Shown: one piece after another, positions 30,900-41,139 of the stretch
Position numbering within the stretch: position 1 is the first letter of the stretch
How the letters are laid out: each line of letters opens with the position of its first letter
NCBI GenBank assembly: GCA_903908285.1
Contig: CAIVRH010000023.1
Coordinates: forward strand, 25,052 to 89,051
DNA length: 64,000 nucleotides
Direction: 5' to 3'
Origin: an uncultured candidate division Zixibacteria bacterium
Lineage (GTDB): Bacteria > Zixibacteria > MSB-5A5 > SM1-73
Position numbers and translations under genes: made by a program
Notes under the pieces: model-generated
What the model was told of the DNA's origin: nothing
Databases searched by the model: none
What the model saw: the letters and a program-made list of their open reading frames with translations, nothing else

Positions 30900-31077
30900 C
30901 CACGAGCTAAAGCTCGTGGCAATTTCAAATTCAAAACTCTTTTATATTGCCACGACCTTCAGGTCGTGGAGAGGAAGAATCTCAAAATTTCTTTGGGCTT
31001 TAGCCCATAAAGTTATAAAGAGGTTGAAACCCCTTAAGATATTAGATTCGAAATCCTCGAGCTAAAGCTCGTGGTAA
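30900..31077. repeat. REP-like palindrome cluster, left of the transposase
   Basis: CCACGAGCTAAAGCTCGTGG, GCCACGACCTTCAGGTCGTGG, GGGCTTTAGCCC, GGTTGAAACCCC hairpins. Confidence 0.85.
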
Positions 31078-31129
31078 TTTTCTCAGCAAATTCTAAACTT
31101 TAATCCAAAAACTATTAGAGAATAAATTA

Positions 31130-31564
31130 ATGCTATTTGTGAGAGTCTGGGTTCATCTGATCTGGTCAACAAAGAATCGAGAGCCTATATTAACGAATGA
31201 GTTGAGGAAGCAAGTTATCACGCACATCAAAGAGAATGCAGGCAAGAAAGATATTTTCCTCGATTCAATCAATGGTGCTTCTGACCATGTCCATGTACTG
31301 ATCTCACTCAAAGCCGATCAGATGATTGCCAAAGTGACACAACTTCTCAAAGGAGAGTCATCTCATTGGGTAAATTCCGAAAAATCCATTCATAGTAAGT
31401 TTGAATGGCAAGATGAATATATTGCCATCTCTGTCAGTGAATCAAAGGTGGAGAAGGTTCGAGAGTATATCAAAAATCAAGAAGAACATCACCGGACGAA
31501 GACTTTCGCAGAGGAATACGAAGAGTTCTTGAATAGATGTGGATTTGCGATTCTATCCGGTTAG
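31130..31564 (+). mobile_element. tnpA: IS200/IS605-family Y1 (HUH) transposase, REP-associated
   Basis: HLIWSTKNR, DHVHVL (HUH), LKGESS.W, FEWQ..Y, YIKNQEEHH. Confidence 0.9.
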
Positions 31565-31829
31565 GGGTTGAAACCCCTAAAAAATTATATTCTATACCCA
31601 CGAGCTAAAGCTCGTGGCAATTTACAAAATAGAGATTGTATTAGTCGGGCAATTGCCACGCCCTTCAGGTCGTGGAGAGGAGAATCCTAACATTTTTCTG
31701 GGCTTTAGCCCACAAGGTTATAAAGGGGTTGAAACCCCTTAAGATATTAGATTAGAAAACCACGAGCTAAAGCTCGTGGCAATTATAACAATTGAAAATG
31801 AAATTATAGCCACGACGTTTAGGTCGTGG
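31563..31829. repeat. REP-like palindrome cluster, right of the transposase; 31598-31783 repeats 30900-31077
   Basis: Same four hairpin types in the same order. Confidence 0.85.
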
Positions 31830-32029
31830 TGATGGAATAATCTGAAAAACCATGCTCTACTTCTGGGTCATTTTAATTTACCTTCTAATTTTGATCTGTG
31901 TGGGGGCGATCCGCTCCGGAGATGTAGAGACACTATTGGAGGCAAGATCATTCACAGCAGATGAAACGGATTAAGCAGATTGCATAACTGATATTTGGAA
32001 TAGTTGGTTCGACATTGGGAATTTGCAAT

Positions 32030-33802
32030 ATGAGAAAAATCATAGTTCTATTAGTTATTTCACTTTTGGCTTTTTTATCGTTTTCTAACTGTGCGAGGAA
32101 AGATATGGAAGATCAAAATTTCAATGTTTTGGTAAACGAGTTTCTGGAAGGGTTTTATCAAGCCAGTCCGGTTTGGGCGACTTATGTGGGAGAACACAAA
32201 TACGACCATCTGCTGGATGACTGCTCCAAAGAAGCAATCCAGGAAGAGATCATCCGGCTCTCTTTGTTCAAGCAGAAGATGACTTACATCGATACCTTAA
32301 AACTTAATCCCACCAACCAAGTGGATTACCAGATCCTCCAAAATGCCATCAACGATCAATTGTTACAGGCAGAGGTTTTAAAGCCGTGGGAAAACAGTCC
32401 GGTGATGTACACTTATCTGATCGGCGGATCAATCAGCTCCTTGATCTCCCGCGATTTTGCCCCGCTGAAAGACAGATTAAGCAGTATATTGTCCAGACTT
32501 AAACGTCTACCCATTTTGGTCCAGCAAGCCAAGGACAATCTTAAGAATCCACCGGAGATTCAAACGAAGACCGCTATCAGGCAGAACCTGGGGAATATAA
32601 ATCTGATTAAAAACGATCTGGTCAAACTGCTGGAGCAGGCTCCGGAGATGAAAGATACTCTTTTAGAACCAATGGACCATGCAGTTAAAGTGCTGGAGAG
32701 TTTTCAAGCATACTTGGAGCAAGACCTGTTACCCCAGTCGACCGGTGATTTTAGATTAGGAAGAGAATTATTCGAGAAGAAGCTGAAATATACTTTGCAG
32801 TCTGATTTCTCTCCGGCAGAGATAGTAAGAAGAGCGGAGAGTGAGATGGTTGCCGTAAGAGAAAGAATGTTTGAACTGGCCCAACCCTTGCATGCTCAGA
32901 TGTTTCCCGGACATAGACACGGACAGGAAGGACAGCTTTTGGAAAATATGGTGATAAAGGAAGTATTGGATTCTATTGGCCTGGATCACCCCACCAAAGA
33001 TGAGCTTCTTGTGGTTTGCCGCCAAGACTTGAAAGAACAGGAGGATTTCGTAAAACAAAAAGACTTAATAGACCTAACCGGAATAAATGAGTTGGAGGTG
33101 GATTGGGAACCGGAATTTTCCCGGGGTATTGCCATTGCGGGTTTGGATTCTCCGGGACCTTTGGACAAAAATTTAAAATCCTTCTTCCGGGTTGCACCGA
33201 TACCAGAGGATTGGACCGAGGAACAGGTGGAATCTTACCTGCGGGAATACAACAGCTATATGCTCAAAGAGCTATGCATGCATGAAGCCATGCCGGGGCA
33301 TTACGTGCAGGGATTTTACGACAATAAGTTCCCTTCGCTTCTGAGAAGGATATTCGGCAGCGGCACGTTCGTGGAGGGCTGGGCGGTTTATGCCGAGAGG
33401 ATGATGATCAATGCCGGATATTTGAGTAGTGATCCCCGGATGGAGCTTACCCAGCTTAAGATGTATCTGCGGGCGATCATCAACGCCATTCTGGATAACA
33501 GAATCCATGCCGGTTATATGACCGAAGAAGAAGCGGTGAAGTTTATGATGGAGGAGGGGTTTCAGGAACAATCGGAGGCGGAAGGGAAATGGGTGCGGGC
33601 AGTTCTCACCTCCACCCAGTTATCCACCTATTTTGTGGGATTCCAGGAGATAATGGATTTAGAAAAAGCTTATCGCGAGAAAGTGGGGGACAAATTCTCC
33701 CAGAAGGAATTCAACCAGAAGCTCTTGAGTTATGGGGCGCCGCCAGTGGGGATTTTGAAAGAGATTATTTTAAACGGGAATTCTGGTTTAGAAAAGAGAT
33801 AG
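32030..33802 (+). CDS. DUF885-family lipoprotein (putative metallopeptidase)
   Basis: Lipobox FSNC; HEAMPGHYVQ, FVEGWAVYAE, QLSTYFVG, GAPP motifs. Confidence 0.88.
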   Translation: MRKIIVLLVISLLAFLSFSNCARKDMEDQNFNVLVNEFLEGFYQASPVWATYVGEHKYDHLLDDCSKEAIQEEIIRLSLFKQKMTYIDTLKLNPTNQVDYQILQNAINDQLLQAEVLKPWENSPVMYTYLIGGSISSLISRDFAPLKDRLSSILSRLKRLPILVQQAKDNLKNPPEIQTKTAIRQNLGNINLIKNDLVKLLEQAPEMKDTLLEPMDHAVKVLESFQAYLEQDLLPQSTGDFRLGRELFEKKLKYTLQSDFSPAEIVRRAESEMVAVRERMFELAQPLHAQMFPGHRHGQEGQLLENMVIKEVLDSIGLDHPTKDELLVVCRQDLKEQEDFVKQKDLIDLTGINELEVDWEPEFSRGIAIAGLDSPGPLDKNLKSFFRVAPIPEDWTEEQVESYLREYNSYMLKELCMHEAMPGHYVQGFYDNKFPSLLRRIFGSGTFVEGWAVYAERMMINAGYLSSDPRMELTQLKMYLRAIINAILDNRIHAGYMTEEEAVKFMMEEGFQEQSEAEGKWVRAVLTSTQLSTYFVGFQEIMDLEKAYREKVGDKFSQKEFNQKLLSYGAPPVGILKEIILNGNSGLEKR

Positions 33803-33877
33803 CAATTTGCAGGGGTTTGATTCATCAAACCCCAGAATTATAGTAATAAAATGTGGAACAGCTTTCATCAGCTCGAC

Positions 33878-34783
33878 CTACGATTCAGGTTTGCTCTTCC
33901 ACCTGTCGTGCATCCATAACCACTGGTCGGGGTATTCCCGGATAATCGATTCCAATACATCAGTACATCTCTGGAGGGTGTCGGTTACATTCTTTTCCCG
34001 ATTGTCCGAAAAGACAAGCTCTACCGGTGGTTTAACAATTATCTTATATCTATTTTTTTCTATCCTCGCAATTGCCATAGGCACGATGGGAGAACCGGTT
34101 TTGTAAGCCAAAAGCACCGGACCGACCGGGGTACGGGCGGGTCTGCCAAAGAAATTGACGAATATCCCTCTAACCCGCGAGGAATCTTGATCGGCCAATA
34201 TCCCCAGAAATTCTCCCGATCTTAGGGCTTTGAGCAGGGGTTTGACTCCGGCGGAAGACGGGATATTTTTCAGACCGACACTTTCCCTGTTTTTCACCAA
34301 AAGCCGGTCCAACCGGGGATCGTATACTTCTCGCCCAATCACTGACAATCTATATCCTCTAAGAGAAAAATAAGCCGCCATCAGCTCAAAGTTGCTTAGG
34401 TGTCCGGTAAAGCCGATGGCTCCTTTTCCTACCCGGTAAGCTTGATCGAAATATTCCAATCCCTCAACTTCGGTTATTTTTTCCACATCCTCCCATTTCA
34501 TATTCTTCAGCCGAACCGCATCTGCCACGTTTTTTCCCAAATTCACAAAAACCTGACGGGCTATTACCTTTAGCTGCTTTTCACCGATTTCTTTGCTAAA
34601 AGCCAGATGTAAATTCTCTTTAGTTTTTCTTCTGGCGTCGGCAATCAGGAAATACGACAGCCTGCCCAGGAAGCCTCCCAATGCAATTGCGGAATTCCTT
34701 GGTAGAAAATTAAGAAGGGAAACAATGGCGGTGATGAACTGGAACAGAAACCAATGCTTAAGTCGTTTTCCTAATGGCTTCAT
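33878..34783 (-). CDS. lpxL: Lipid A biosynthesis lauroyl/myristoyl acyltransferase (LpxL/HtrB family)
   Basis: GHLSNFE (HxxxxE), LADQD, VNFFG.PA, PDQWLWMHDRWK; downstream of the kds genes. Confidence 0.85.
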   Translation of the reverse strand: MKPLGKRLKHWFLFQFITAIVSLLNFLPRNSAIALGGFLGRLSYFLIADARRKTKENLHLAFSKEIGEKQLKVIARQVFVNLGKNVADAVRLKNMKWEDVEKITEVEGLEYFDQAYRVGKGAIGFTGHLSNFELMAAYFSLRGYRLSVIGREVYDPRLDRLLVKNRESVGLKNIPSSAGVKPLLKALRSGEFLGILADQDSSRVRGIFVNFFGRPARTPVGPVLLAYKTGSPIVPMAIARIEKNRYKIIVKPPVELVFSDNREKNVTDTLQRCTDVLESIIREYPDQWLWMHDRWKSKPES

Positions 34784-35022
34784 CTGGTAGGATGTAAAAT
34801 TTTAACTTTTGCAGATATTTGAAAAGGATGATGAAAAGTTCAAAATTCAAAAAGCAAGCAGACGCTTGCTCGTCTGAGCAAAATTGCAGTTTACAATTCA
34901 AAATTGAAGGATCAGTAAACTCTAGCTAATTTTTATTTTTGAATTGTAATTTTTAACTTTTCTCTTTGAATTTTGAATTTAGTTGTTGTTACCCTCACCT
35001 ATCAAGGGAGAGGGTGATCTCG

Positions 35023-35991
35023 CTACACTACCCCCGCCTTCAGAATGTCGTGTAGATGAATTATTCCGACCGGCTCTTTTTTTCCATTAGTAATGACCAA
35101 AGATGTGATGCTGTAGGATTCCATCAGATTCAAAGCTTTTACCGCTAGCTCATCTGCTTTGATGGTCTTGGGATTTTTGCTCATCACCTGTTTGGCTTTC
35201 AAAGAGAAGATGTCATCCGTTTTTTCTACCCATCTTCTCAAATCTCCATCGGTGAAGATTCCCACCAGCTCACCTTTTGGATTAACCACCGTAGTGGTTC
35301 CCATTCTTTTGGAGGTCATCTCCAGGATCACATCTTTCATCCCGGTCTCCTCGGATACTTTTGGTATCTCTTCTCCGGAATGCATGATGTCGGAAACCTT
35401 CAAAATCAGTTTCTTCCCCAACTGACCCCCGGGATGAAGCATGGCGAAATCCTCCGAGGAAAAATTCCGCTCCTCCAACAGGGTGATGGCTAAGGCGTCT
35501 CCCATCACCAAAGCGGCGGTGGTGCTGGAGGTGGGGACCAGATCGTAAGGACAGGCTTCCTCGTCCACCGATACGTCGATTATAACGTCGCTTTTTTCCG
35601 CCAGCGGAGATTTGGGGTTACCGGTGAGGGTGATGATGGGCACCCCGATTCTTTTGAAGAGAGGAATCAGCATATATACCTCGTCGGTTTCTCCGCTTTT
35701 GGAGATGGCAATCACTACATCCTGCTTCCGCACCATCCCCACATCCCCGTGGGTTCCCTCGGAAGGATGAAGGAAAAATGCAGGTGTGCCGGTGGAAGCC
35801 AATGTGGCGGCAATCTTGCGGGCGATTATGCCCGATTTGCCAATGCCGGTGACTATCACCCGGCCCTTGCATTTCAAGCACAGTTCCACCGCCTGGCTGA
35901 ACTGATCGTCTATCTTTTTCTCCAGACCGGCAACCGCTTTGGCTTCTTTGCGAATCACCTCTTTGGCTTTTTCTATCATAATTCTATCCAC
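35023..35991 (-). CDS. kdsD: Arabinose-5-phosphate isomerase (KpsF/GutQ, SIS + CBS)
   Basis: TGIGKSG.IARKIAAT..STG, EACP..L.PTSST, HPGGQLG, TDGDLRR. Confidence 0.95.
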   Translation of the reverse strand: MDRIMIEKAKEVIRKEAKAVAGLEKKIDDQFSQAVELCLKCKGRVIVTGIGKSGIIARKIAATLASTGTPAFFLHPSEGTHGDVGMVRKQDVVIAISKSGETDEVYMLIPLFKRIGVPIITLTGNPKSPLAEKSDVIIDVSVDEEACPYDLVPTSSTTAALVMGDALAITLLEERNFSSEDFAMLHPGGQLGKKLILKVSDIMHSGEEIPKVSEETGMKDVILEMTSKRMGTTTVVNPKGELVGIFTDGDLRRWVEKTDDIFSLKAKQVMSKNPKTIKADELAVKALNLMESYSITSLVITNGKKEPVGIIHLHDILKAGVV

Positions 35992-36554
35992 TCCAATGGA
36001 TCTTTCTTTTTAGCTTTTAAAATCAAATCCACCACTTCCCGCACCGCCCCTTCACCCCCTTTAACTTTTGTGATAAATTTGGCATGGCGTTTTACTAAGG
36101 GTTGAGCATTTCTGACGCAGATGGGAAATCCCACCTGCTTTAAAACCGGTATATCCGGCAGATCATCTCCCATATAGGCAATCTGGTCATCCTTTATATT
36201 TAACTTTTGTTTGATCTGATCGTATGCTTCCAACTTATTTGATTGTCCTAAATATATATGTTTTATTTTCAATTGAAAAGCCCGAAATTCTGTAGTTTTG
36301 GATGACCGTCCCGATATCAAAGCCACTTCTATTCCCGCCTGGTGTGCCAGCCAAATACCCATTCCATCTGCAATATTAAATTTCTTGGATTCCACGCCGT
36401 TATCGTCAATATACAAACCGTTGTCGGTTAGAACACCGTCTACATCCAAGATAAGCAATTTGATCTTCCGTGCCAGCTTTTCCATCTGCTCTTTTCTTTT
36501 TTCCATTTTGGCATTGTTTGTTGGGATGGGAATTGCATCCTCATATAAATACAT
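35976..36554 (-). CDS. kdsC: KDO-8-phosphate phosphatase (true start may be 36506 or 36485)
   Basis: LDVDGVLTD, F...DG.GI, ISGR, YMGDDLPD, GGEGAVRE. Confidence 0.93.
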   Translation of the reverse strand: MYLYEDAIPIPTNNAKMEKRKEQMEKLARKIKLLILDVDGVLTDNGLYIDDNGVESKKFNIADGMGIWLAHQAGIEVALISGRSSKTTEFRAFQLKIKHIYLGQSNKLEAYDQIKQKLNIKDDQIAYMGDDLPDIPVLKQVGFPICVRNAQPLVKRHAKFITKVKGGEGAVREVVDLILKAKKKDPLEWIEL

Positions 36555-36582
36555 CGGGCGACCATAAAGGTCGCCCCTACGT

Positions 36583-37410
36583 CTATTCCCTCTTTCTTAT
36601 CACTTCATCAATTCCCTTAACTTGTATGAGAAGCTCTTCCAGTTTGTCTAAGGGGAGCATACTATCCTTATCGCATAGAGCATTTCTCACATCCGGGTGG
36701 GTTTCCAAAAACAAAGCATCGCTGCCACAAGCCACAGCTGCGCGTGCCATGGGCATGATAAACTGGGGTGCACCCCCGGAATAGGTCCCTTGAGAACCGG
36801 GTAACTGCAAGCTGTGGGTGGCATCAAACACCACCGGATAGCCCAGATTCCGCATGATTAAAAGCGATCGCAGGTCAACTACTAAATTATGATAACCAAA
36901 AAAAGTACCCCGTTCGGTTAAAAGGATATTCTTATTTCCGGTTGATTCAGCTTTCTTAGCTATAGACAGCATATCCTCCGGCGCCATGAACTGTCCCTTT
37001 TTTATATTCACCGGTTTACCGGTTTTGGCGGCAGCCAAGATAAGATCCGTTTGCCTGCATAAAAATGCCGGAATTTGTAAAACATCCACTACCCGGGAGA
37101 CCGGATGAGCTTCATCCGGATGGTGAATATCGGTTAGAACGGGGACATCAAACTCCTTTTTGACTTTTTCCAAGATCCGCAATCCACGCTCCATGCCGGG
37201 TCCGGAATAGGAATCGATGTTCAACCGGTTGGCTTTGGAATATGAGCTTTTGAATATAAAAGGGATTTGGTGACGGGAAGTGATTTCCTTTATTCTTTCG
37301 CAGGTGGTCAAAACTAGGTCCTCCGATTCGATCACACAGGGACCTGCGATAAGAGCTAGTTTGTTTCCCCCGCCAATAATAAAATCGCCGATCTTAACTG
37401 AGGTTGCCAT
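36583..37410 (-). CDS. kdsA: KDO-8-phosphate synthase
   Basis: IAGPCVIES, FKSSYSKANR, QIPAFLCRQTD, KKGQF, ERG, DATHS.Q.PG. Confidence 0.97.
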   Translation of the reverse strand: MATSVKIGDFIIGGGNKLALIAGPCVIESEDLVLTTCERIKEITSRHQIPFIFKSSYSKANRLNIDSYSGPGMERGLRILEKVKKEFDVPVLTDIHHPDEAHPVSRVVDVLQIPAFLCRQTDLILAAAKTGKPVNIKKGQFMAPEDMLSIAKKAESTGNKNILLTERGTFFGYHNLVVDLRSLLIMRNLGYPVVFDATHSLQLPGSQGTYSGGAPQFIMPMARAAVACGSDALFLETHPDVRNALCDKDSMLPLDKLEELLIQVKGIDEVIRKRE

Positions 37411-37434
37411 AATGCTACCTTATTGAAGAATAGA

Positions 37435-39357
37435 TCAAATTTTGCCTGAATACTTTAACTGCTGTTTTGTAAAATCCAGAGGATAGGATATTTTCACATC
37501 CATAATTATCCCCTGGTTGTCTTTGACCAGTTCCACTTCCGGCATAACAAAAGCATAATGATCCGGGAGATCAATAGCTTCTGCCCTCTTTATTACCTGA
37601 TCTCTCCATTTTGTATTTATCTTGATGCCATATTTCTCCACCAACCTCTTACCTTCCTCGTAATCACCTTCCGCTTTAATTCTCATAATCAAAGACAGAA
37701 GTTCACCTATTCCCTGTCTCATCCTGCGGATGTCTTTAACCCTCAAATATACCTTTTCACCTTTCTCCATAACCTCAATGGCTCCGATCTTCTCCATGAG
37801 ATAGGAGACGATCATGTGCCGGGCAAGGGCGTGATCTTTTTCCAGTCGATCCCCGGTTTTTACAGCCCTTAACCGAAGCAGATCCGCCCGGGCATAATAA
37901 TTATATAACGCCTCCCCGCATTTTTCATCTATGCCGGCTATCTCCATCAATTTCTCATCGAAGATGTGCCACAAAGCCAGAAGATCCGCCCGGGCTTCCT
38001 CCAGGCTGGAATAAAATTCTCTTAAGTATTCGTGCGGGTCACGGGTGAGTTTTTCGCTTATCTTTCCGGAACCATGTCCCAAGATTTCGTGGAGGGTGGT
38101 CTGCAAGAGATCAGCTTTCTCCCCCCACTTCTCATCCAGCTCGATTTCCTCTTCCGAGAAAGCAAACTCCCGGGTGGCTTTCTCGGCTTGGAGTTGGTGA
38201 ATGATGGAGGATACATTGGTGAGAATGAAATTTTTACTTCCGAATTTTTCCCGGATATTCTGGGCATTGGGGAGGTTTATGCCCAAAGGGGGAATGGGTC
38301 CCTCGCCACCCACCCCTACCAGAACGGTCACCGCATTGGCCACCGGAGCGGTGATATTTTTCTTCTTAAATTTATCATCCCAGGGGGTTTTCTCTTCGAA
38401 ATATTCCGCCGAAAGAGCAATGTCTTTCATAACCTGATTGATCTTTTGGTCGATGAAACATACCATCCCCTCAAATCCCCCTTTGGTCCCCCGGGCGTCG
38501 TTGTAGGTTTCGATGAAACCGTTAATGGTCTCTACGGTGGGATCGTCTTTTACCCAGGCGATATTGTACTTTTCAAAATCCGCCGGATCACCGGTTTGGA
38601 AATACCGAATGAGATGCTCCAAAACCTTTTTCTGCCCGGGCTGAGCCACCAGGCTTGCCTTTTTCAAATGCTCGATCACCTGCTTCAAATCTTCAGCATA
38701 TAAGCCGGGCGGAATTTTCTCCGAACCGGCTCTATAAACCAATTCAGCTATCTTCCCGTCCTGTTTAACCACTTTCGAATTTAATGGATATTTCTCTTCG
38801 AAGTTTTCCAGGTCCTTTAAGGTTACTCCCTCGTAATAATTGTTGCCGCTGGCGGTAATAACATCCTCCCCGGGTTTGGGGGATTTGTTCGCCAGGATCG
38901 GCTCAAAATCCAGATCAAAGATGGTTCTCTTTAGTCCGGCTAGCATCCTCTCCAATTCAGATTCGTCTTTTACGTCCAGTTTTGCGCCGTTGATCAGAGC
39001 AATCCTTGCCGCTGATAGAATATCCGAATAGCTGAAGCCGGGAACGAGCTTCCGGTTATTCGTGCCGTAATTCCCGTTGAACACCCAGAAGAGTTTTAAG
39101 TAACTTACGATTTTCTTCAGGATATCATCAGCTATTCCCCGGGGATGGGTTACGATTTCCTCCAGCAGGTTACGGATAGCCAAACCGTGGCGGTGATTCT
39201 GGTCATAGGCGATATCGCGCCCTGCTACTGCAGCCTGACAGAGATAATAAGCTTTTATCTTTTCCTCCAGGCTCAGCTCTTCAAATCCGTCCGCATAAAG
39301 CTGCACTATGGCAACCTGTCCCGCTCTCTCCAGAAGATATTTTCTTTCCTTTGGCAC
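37435..39357 (-). CDS. Dipeptidyl peptidase III (M49)
   Basis: HEILGHGSG hexapeptide zinc motif, GFIETY, GINLPN, LEEARAD. Confidence 0.9.
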   Translation of the reverse strand: MPKERKYLLERAGQVAIVQLYADGFEELSLEEKIKAYYLCQAAVAGRDIAYDQNHRHGLAIRNLLEEIVTHPRGIADDILKKIVSYLKLFWVFNGNYGTNNRKLVPGFSYSDILSAARIALINGAKLDVKDESELERMLAGLKRTIFDLDFEPILANKSPKPGEDVITASGNNYYEGVTLKDLENFEEKYPLNSKVVKQDGKIAELVYRAGSEKIPPGLYAEDLKQVIEHLKKASLVAQPGQKKVLEHLIRYFQTGDPADFEKYNIAWVKDDPTVETINGFIETYNDARGTKGGFEGMVCFIDQKINQVMKDIALSAEYFEEKTPWDDKFKKKNITAPVANAVTVLVGVGGEGPIPPLGINLPNAQNIREKFGSKNFILTNVSSIIHQLQAEKATREFAFSEEEIELDEKWGEKADLLQTTLHEILGHGSGKISEKLTRDPHEYLREFYSSLEEARADLLALWHIFDEKLMEIAGIDEKCGEALYNYYARADLLRLRAVKTGDRLEKDHALARHMIVSYLMEKIGAIEVMEKGEKVYLRVKDIRRMRQGIGELLSLIMRIKAEGDYEEGKRLVEKYGIKINTKWRDQVIKRAEAIDLPDHYAFVMPEVELVKDNQGIIMDVKISYPLDFTKQQLKYSGKI

Positions 39358-39642
39358 GATATTCTCCTTAAGTTTGCATCAATATAACAAAACAAGAAGC
39401 AAACACCAACAGTAATTTTGAGGTTTATAATTAAGACACAGAAAAGCGAATAAAATTGCATTACAAATGTTTCATATTATATTCCATTTGACCGATGTGA
39501 GGTGTAGTAAAGAAATAGAGAATTTGATAAAAGAAAATTGCAGGGTTGTTAACCTATTAGAATCGGATAGAACAAAATTAGGATTAGGATTTTTAAAAGA
39601 AGATTGACCTGATATCGATCAAAAGAGAAATTTTGGGAGGAT

Positions 39643-40377
39643 ATGTTGAATAGGATCCGGTTCATTCTTAAACGGGCTATCCTAATGATGGCTTTGATCT
39701 TCCCTTCGTTACCTGTGGCAGCAGATAGCGGGGGAGCGAAGATATTTATGCCTGAGACAGTCTGGGAGTTCGGCAGGATTCCCGAAGGGAGCTTGGTTTC
39801 ACACGTTTTTCCGATTAAAAACGTGAGCACCGACACCTTGAAGATCACGGAGGTCAAGACCAACTGCGGCTGTGCCAGAGCTCCTTTGAACAAATGGGTG
39901 ATTGCTCCCGGCGACAGCGCGGAGATGGAGTTTGTCTTTGCGGCAGGCAGATACGAGGGGGAAGAAGTCAAAAGCGCCAGCATCGCCTTCAACGACACTT
40001 CACTGGGTAAAGTCAAAATCTACGTAGGCGGAAAGCTGGTGATGAATCTTGCCCATGCCATGCCCGTCACCATTTCACCGTACCGAGTCGATTTCGGCAG
40101 TCCAGAGGAGGGGAACGATAATAAACGGAAACTCCAGATAAGAAATGTAAGCCCAGCGGAAATTACAGTAGATATTTTGGACTATCCCAAAGATTGGGTC
40201 GAATTGGATTATTCCCGGATGGCGATCAAATCCGGAGATATGCAGGAGTTGGAGATCACTCTTAAAGGAGATAAAAGGGGAACCGGATTCCATAAATCCA
40301 TCACTTTGGAAATAAACGGAGAAAAAGAGTTCCGGTTTACCATCCCCCTGCTTAAAAAGATACTGCCGAAACCGTAA
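39643..40377 (+). CDS. Secreted DUF1573 (Ig-like) domain protein
   Basis: Signal peptide; FG.I......F..KN.....L.I..V..NCGC motif; second Ig-like repeat. Confidence 0.8.
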   Translation: MLNRIRFILKRAILMMALIFPSLPVAADSGGAKIFMPETVWEFGRIPEGSLVSHVFPIKNVSTDTLKITEVKTNCGCARAPLNKWVIAPGDSAEMEFVFAAGRYEGEEVKSASIAFNDTSLGKVKIYVGGKLVMNLAHAMPVTISPYRVDFGSPEEGNDNKRKLQIRNVSPAEITVDILDYPKDWVELDYSRMAIKSGDMQELEITLKGDKRGTGFHKSITLEINGEKEFRFTIPLLKKILPKP

Positions 40378-40472
40378 AAGATTCGGGGAGGCAATGACGG
40401 GATTCGGTTATGTTGGGCAAGTTAAACAAAATAAATTGCAAATCTATTATTTTGATGTATATTTAATTTGAC

Positions 40473-40569
40473 GGAAGTGGATAGGATCTGGTGGTCCTTG
40501 CGGACTTCAAATCCGTCGTCCCTCCGGTTCTCCGGGGGGAGGTGGGTTCGATTCCCACCCCTTCCGCCA
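40473..40569 (+). tRNA. selC: tRNA-Sec (anticodon UCA)
   Basis: GGAAG..CTTCC acceptor, GCGGA-CTTCAAA-TCCGT anticodon arm, long variable arm, GGTTCGATTCCC, encoded CCA; upstream of selD-selA. Confidence 0.95.
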
Positions 40570-40651
40570 AAATATTTGTATGTTTCACTAATAGTTGAGT
40601 GGGGTAACAGAAAATTAGGTAAACCAATCCTTTCTCGGAAAGGAGAGAAGG

Positions 40652-40864
40652 ATGACTACGCGAACTTTCGCCGCAGTTCTGCACAAAGAAGAAGACATGT
40701 ATGTAGCGGAATGCCCGGAAGTAGGAACGGTAAGCCAGGGTCATACCGTCGAGGAAGCGATAGCCAACCTCAAAGAGGCGACGGAACTTTACTTAGAGGA
40801 ATTTCCACAAACCAAGATTGGAAAGCCAATACTTACCACGTTCGAGGTGGTAGGAAATGCGTGA
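40652..40864 (+). CDS. hicB: HicB-family antitoxin (short form)
   Basis: YVAECPEVGTVSQG.TVEEAIANLKEATELYLE. Confidence 0.9.
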   Translation: MTTRTFAAVLHKEEDMYVAECPEVGTVSQGHTVEEAIANLKEATELYLEEFPQTKIGKPILTTFEVVGNA

Positions 40865-41084
40865 GTTAAGAAAAATATCCGGGGAAGAAGCCATCAAAAT
40901 TCTGCAAAAACTCGGGTTTCAATTGGCAAGACAGCGGGGCAGTCATGTGGTTTAAAAAAAGCTGGCAAAAGAAGGAGAGGTCGGTTGTGTGGTTCCTCTT
41001 CATCGCGAGTTAAAAATCGGTACACTCAAAGGAATTCTTAAACAAGCAAAAATCACCTCAGAGGAATTCACAAGTCATCTCTAG
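40857..41084 (+). pseudogene. hicA: HicA-family toxin interrupted by in-frame TAA at 40953-40955
   Basis: MRELRKISGEEAIKILQKLGFQLARQRGSHVV*KKLAKEGEVGCVVPLHRELKIGTLKGILKQAKITSEEFTSHL; same frame throughout. Confidence 0.85.
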
Positions 41085-41139
41085 GCTGAATCAAGAGCTT
41101 TGGGTATACATGGAAATTTAGTTTTCTGCGACAAGTAAT

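Noticed and set aside
30900..31829. CRISPR array
   Set aside because: Several different palindromes with irregular spacing flank a Y1 transposase; this fits REP-like repeats.
40468..40869. 133-aa ORF across selC/hicB
   Set aside because: Overlaps tRNA-Sec and hicB in another frame; spurious.
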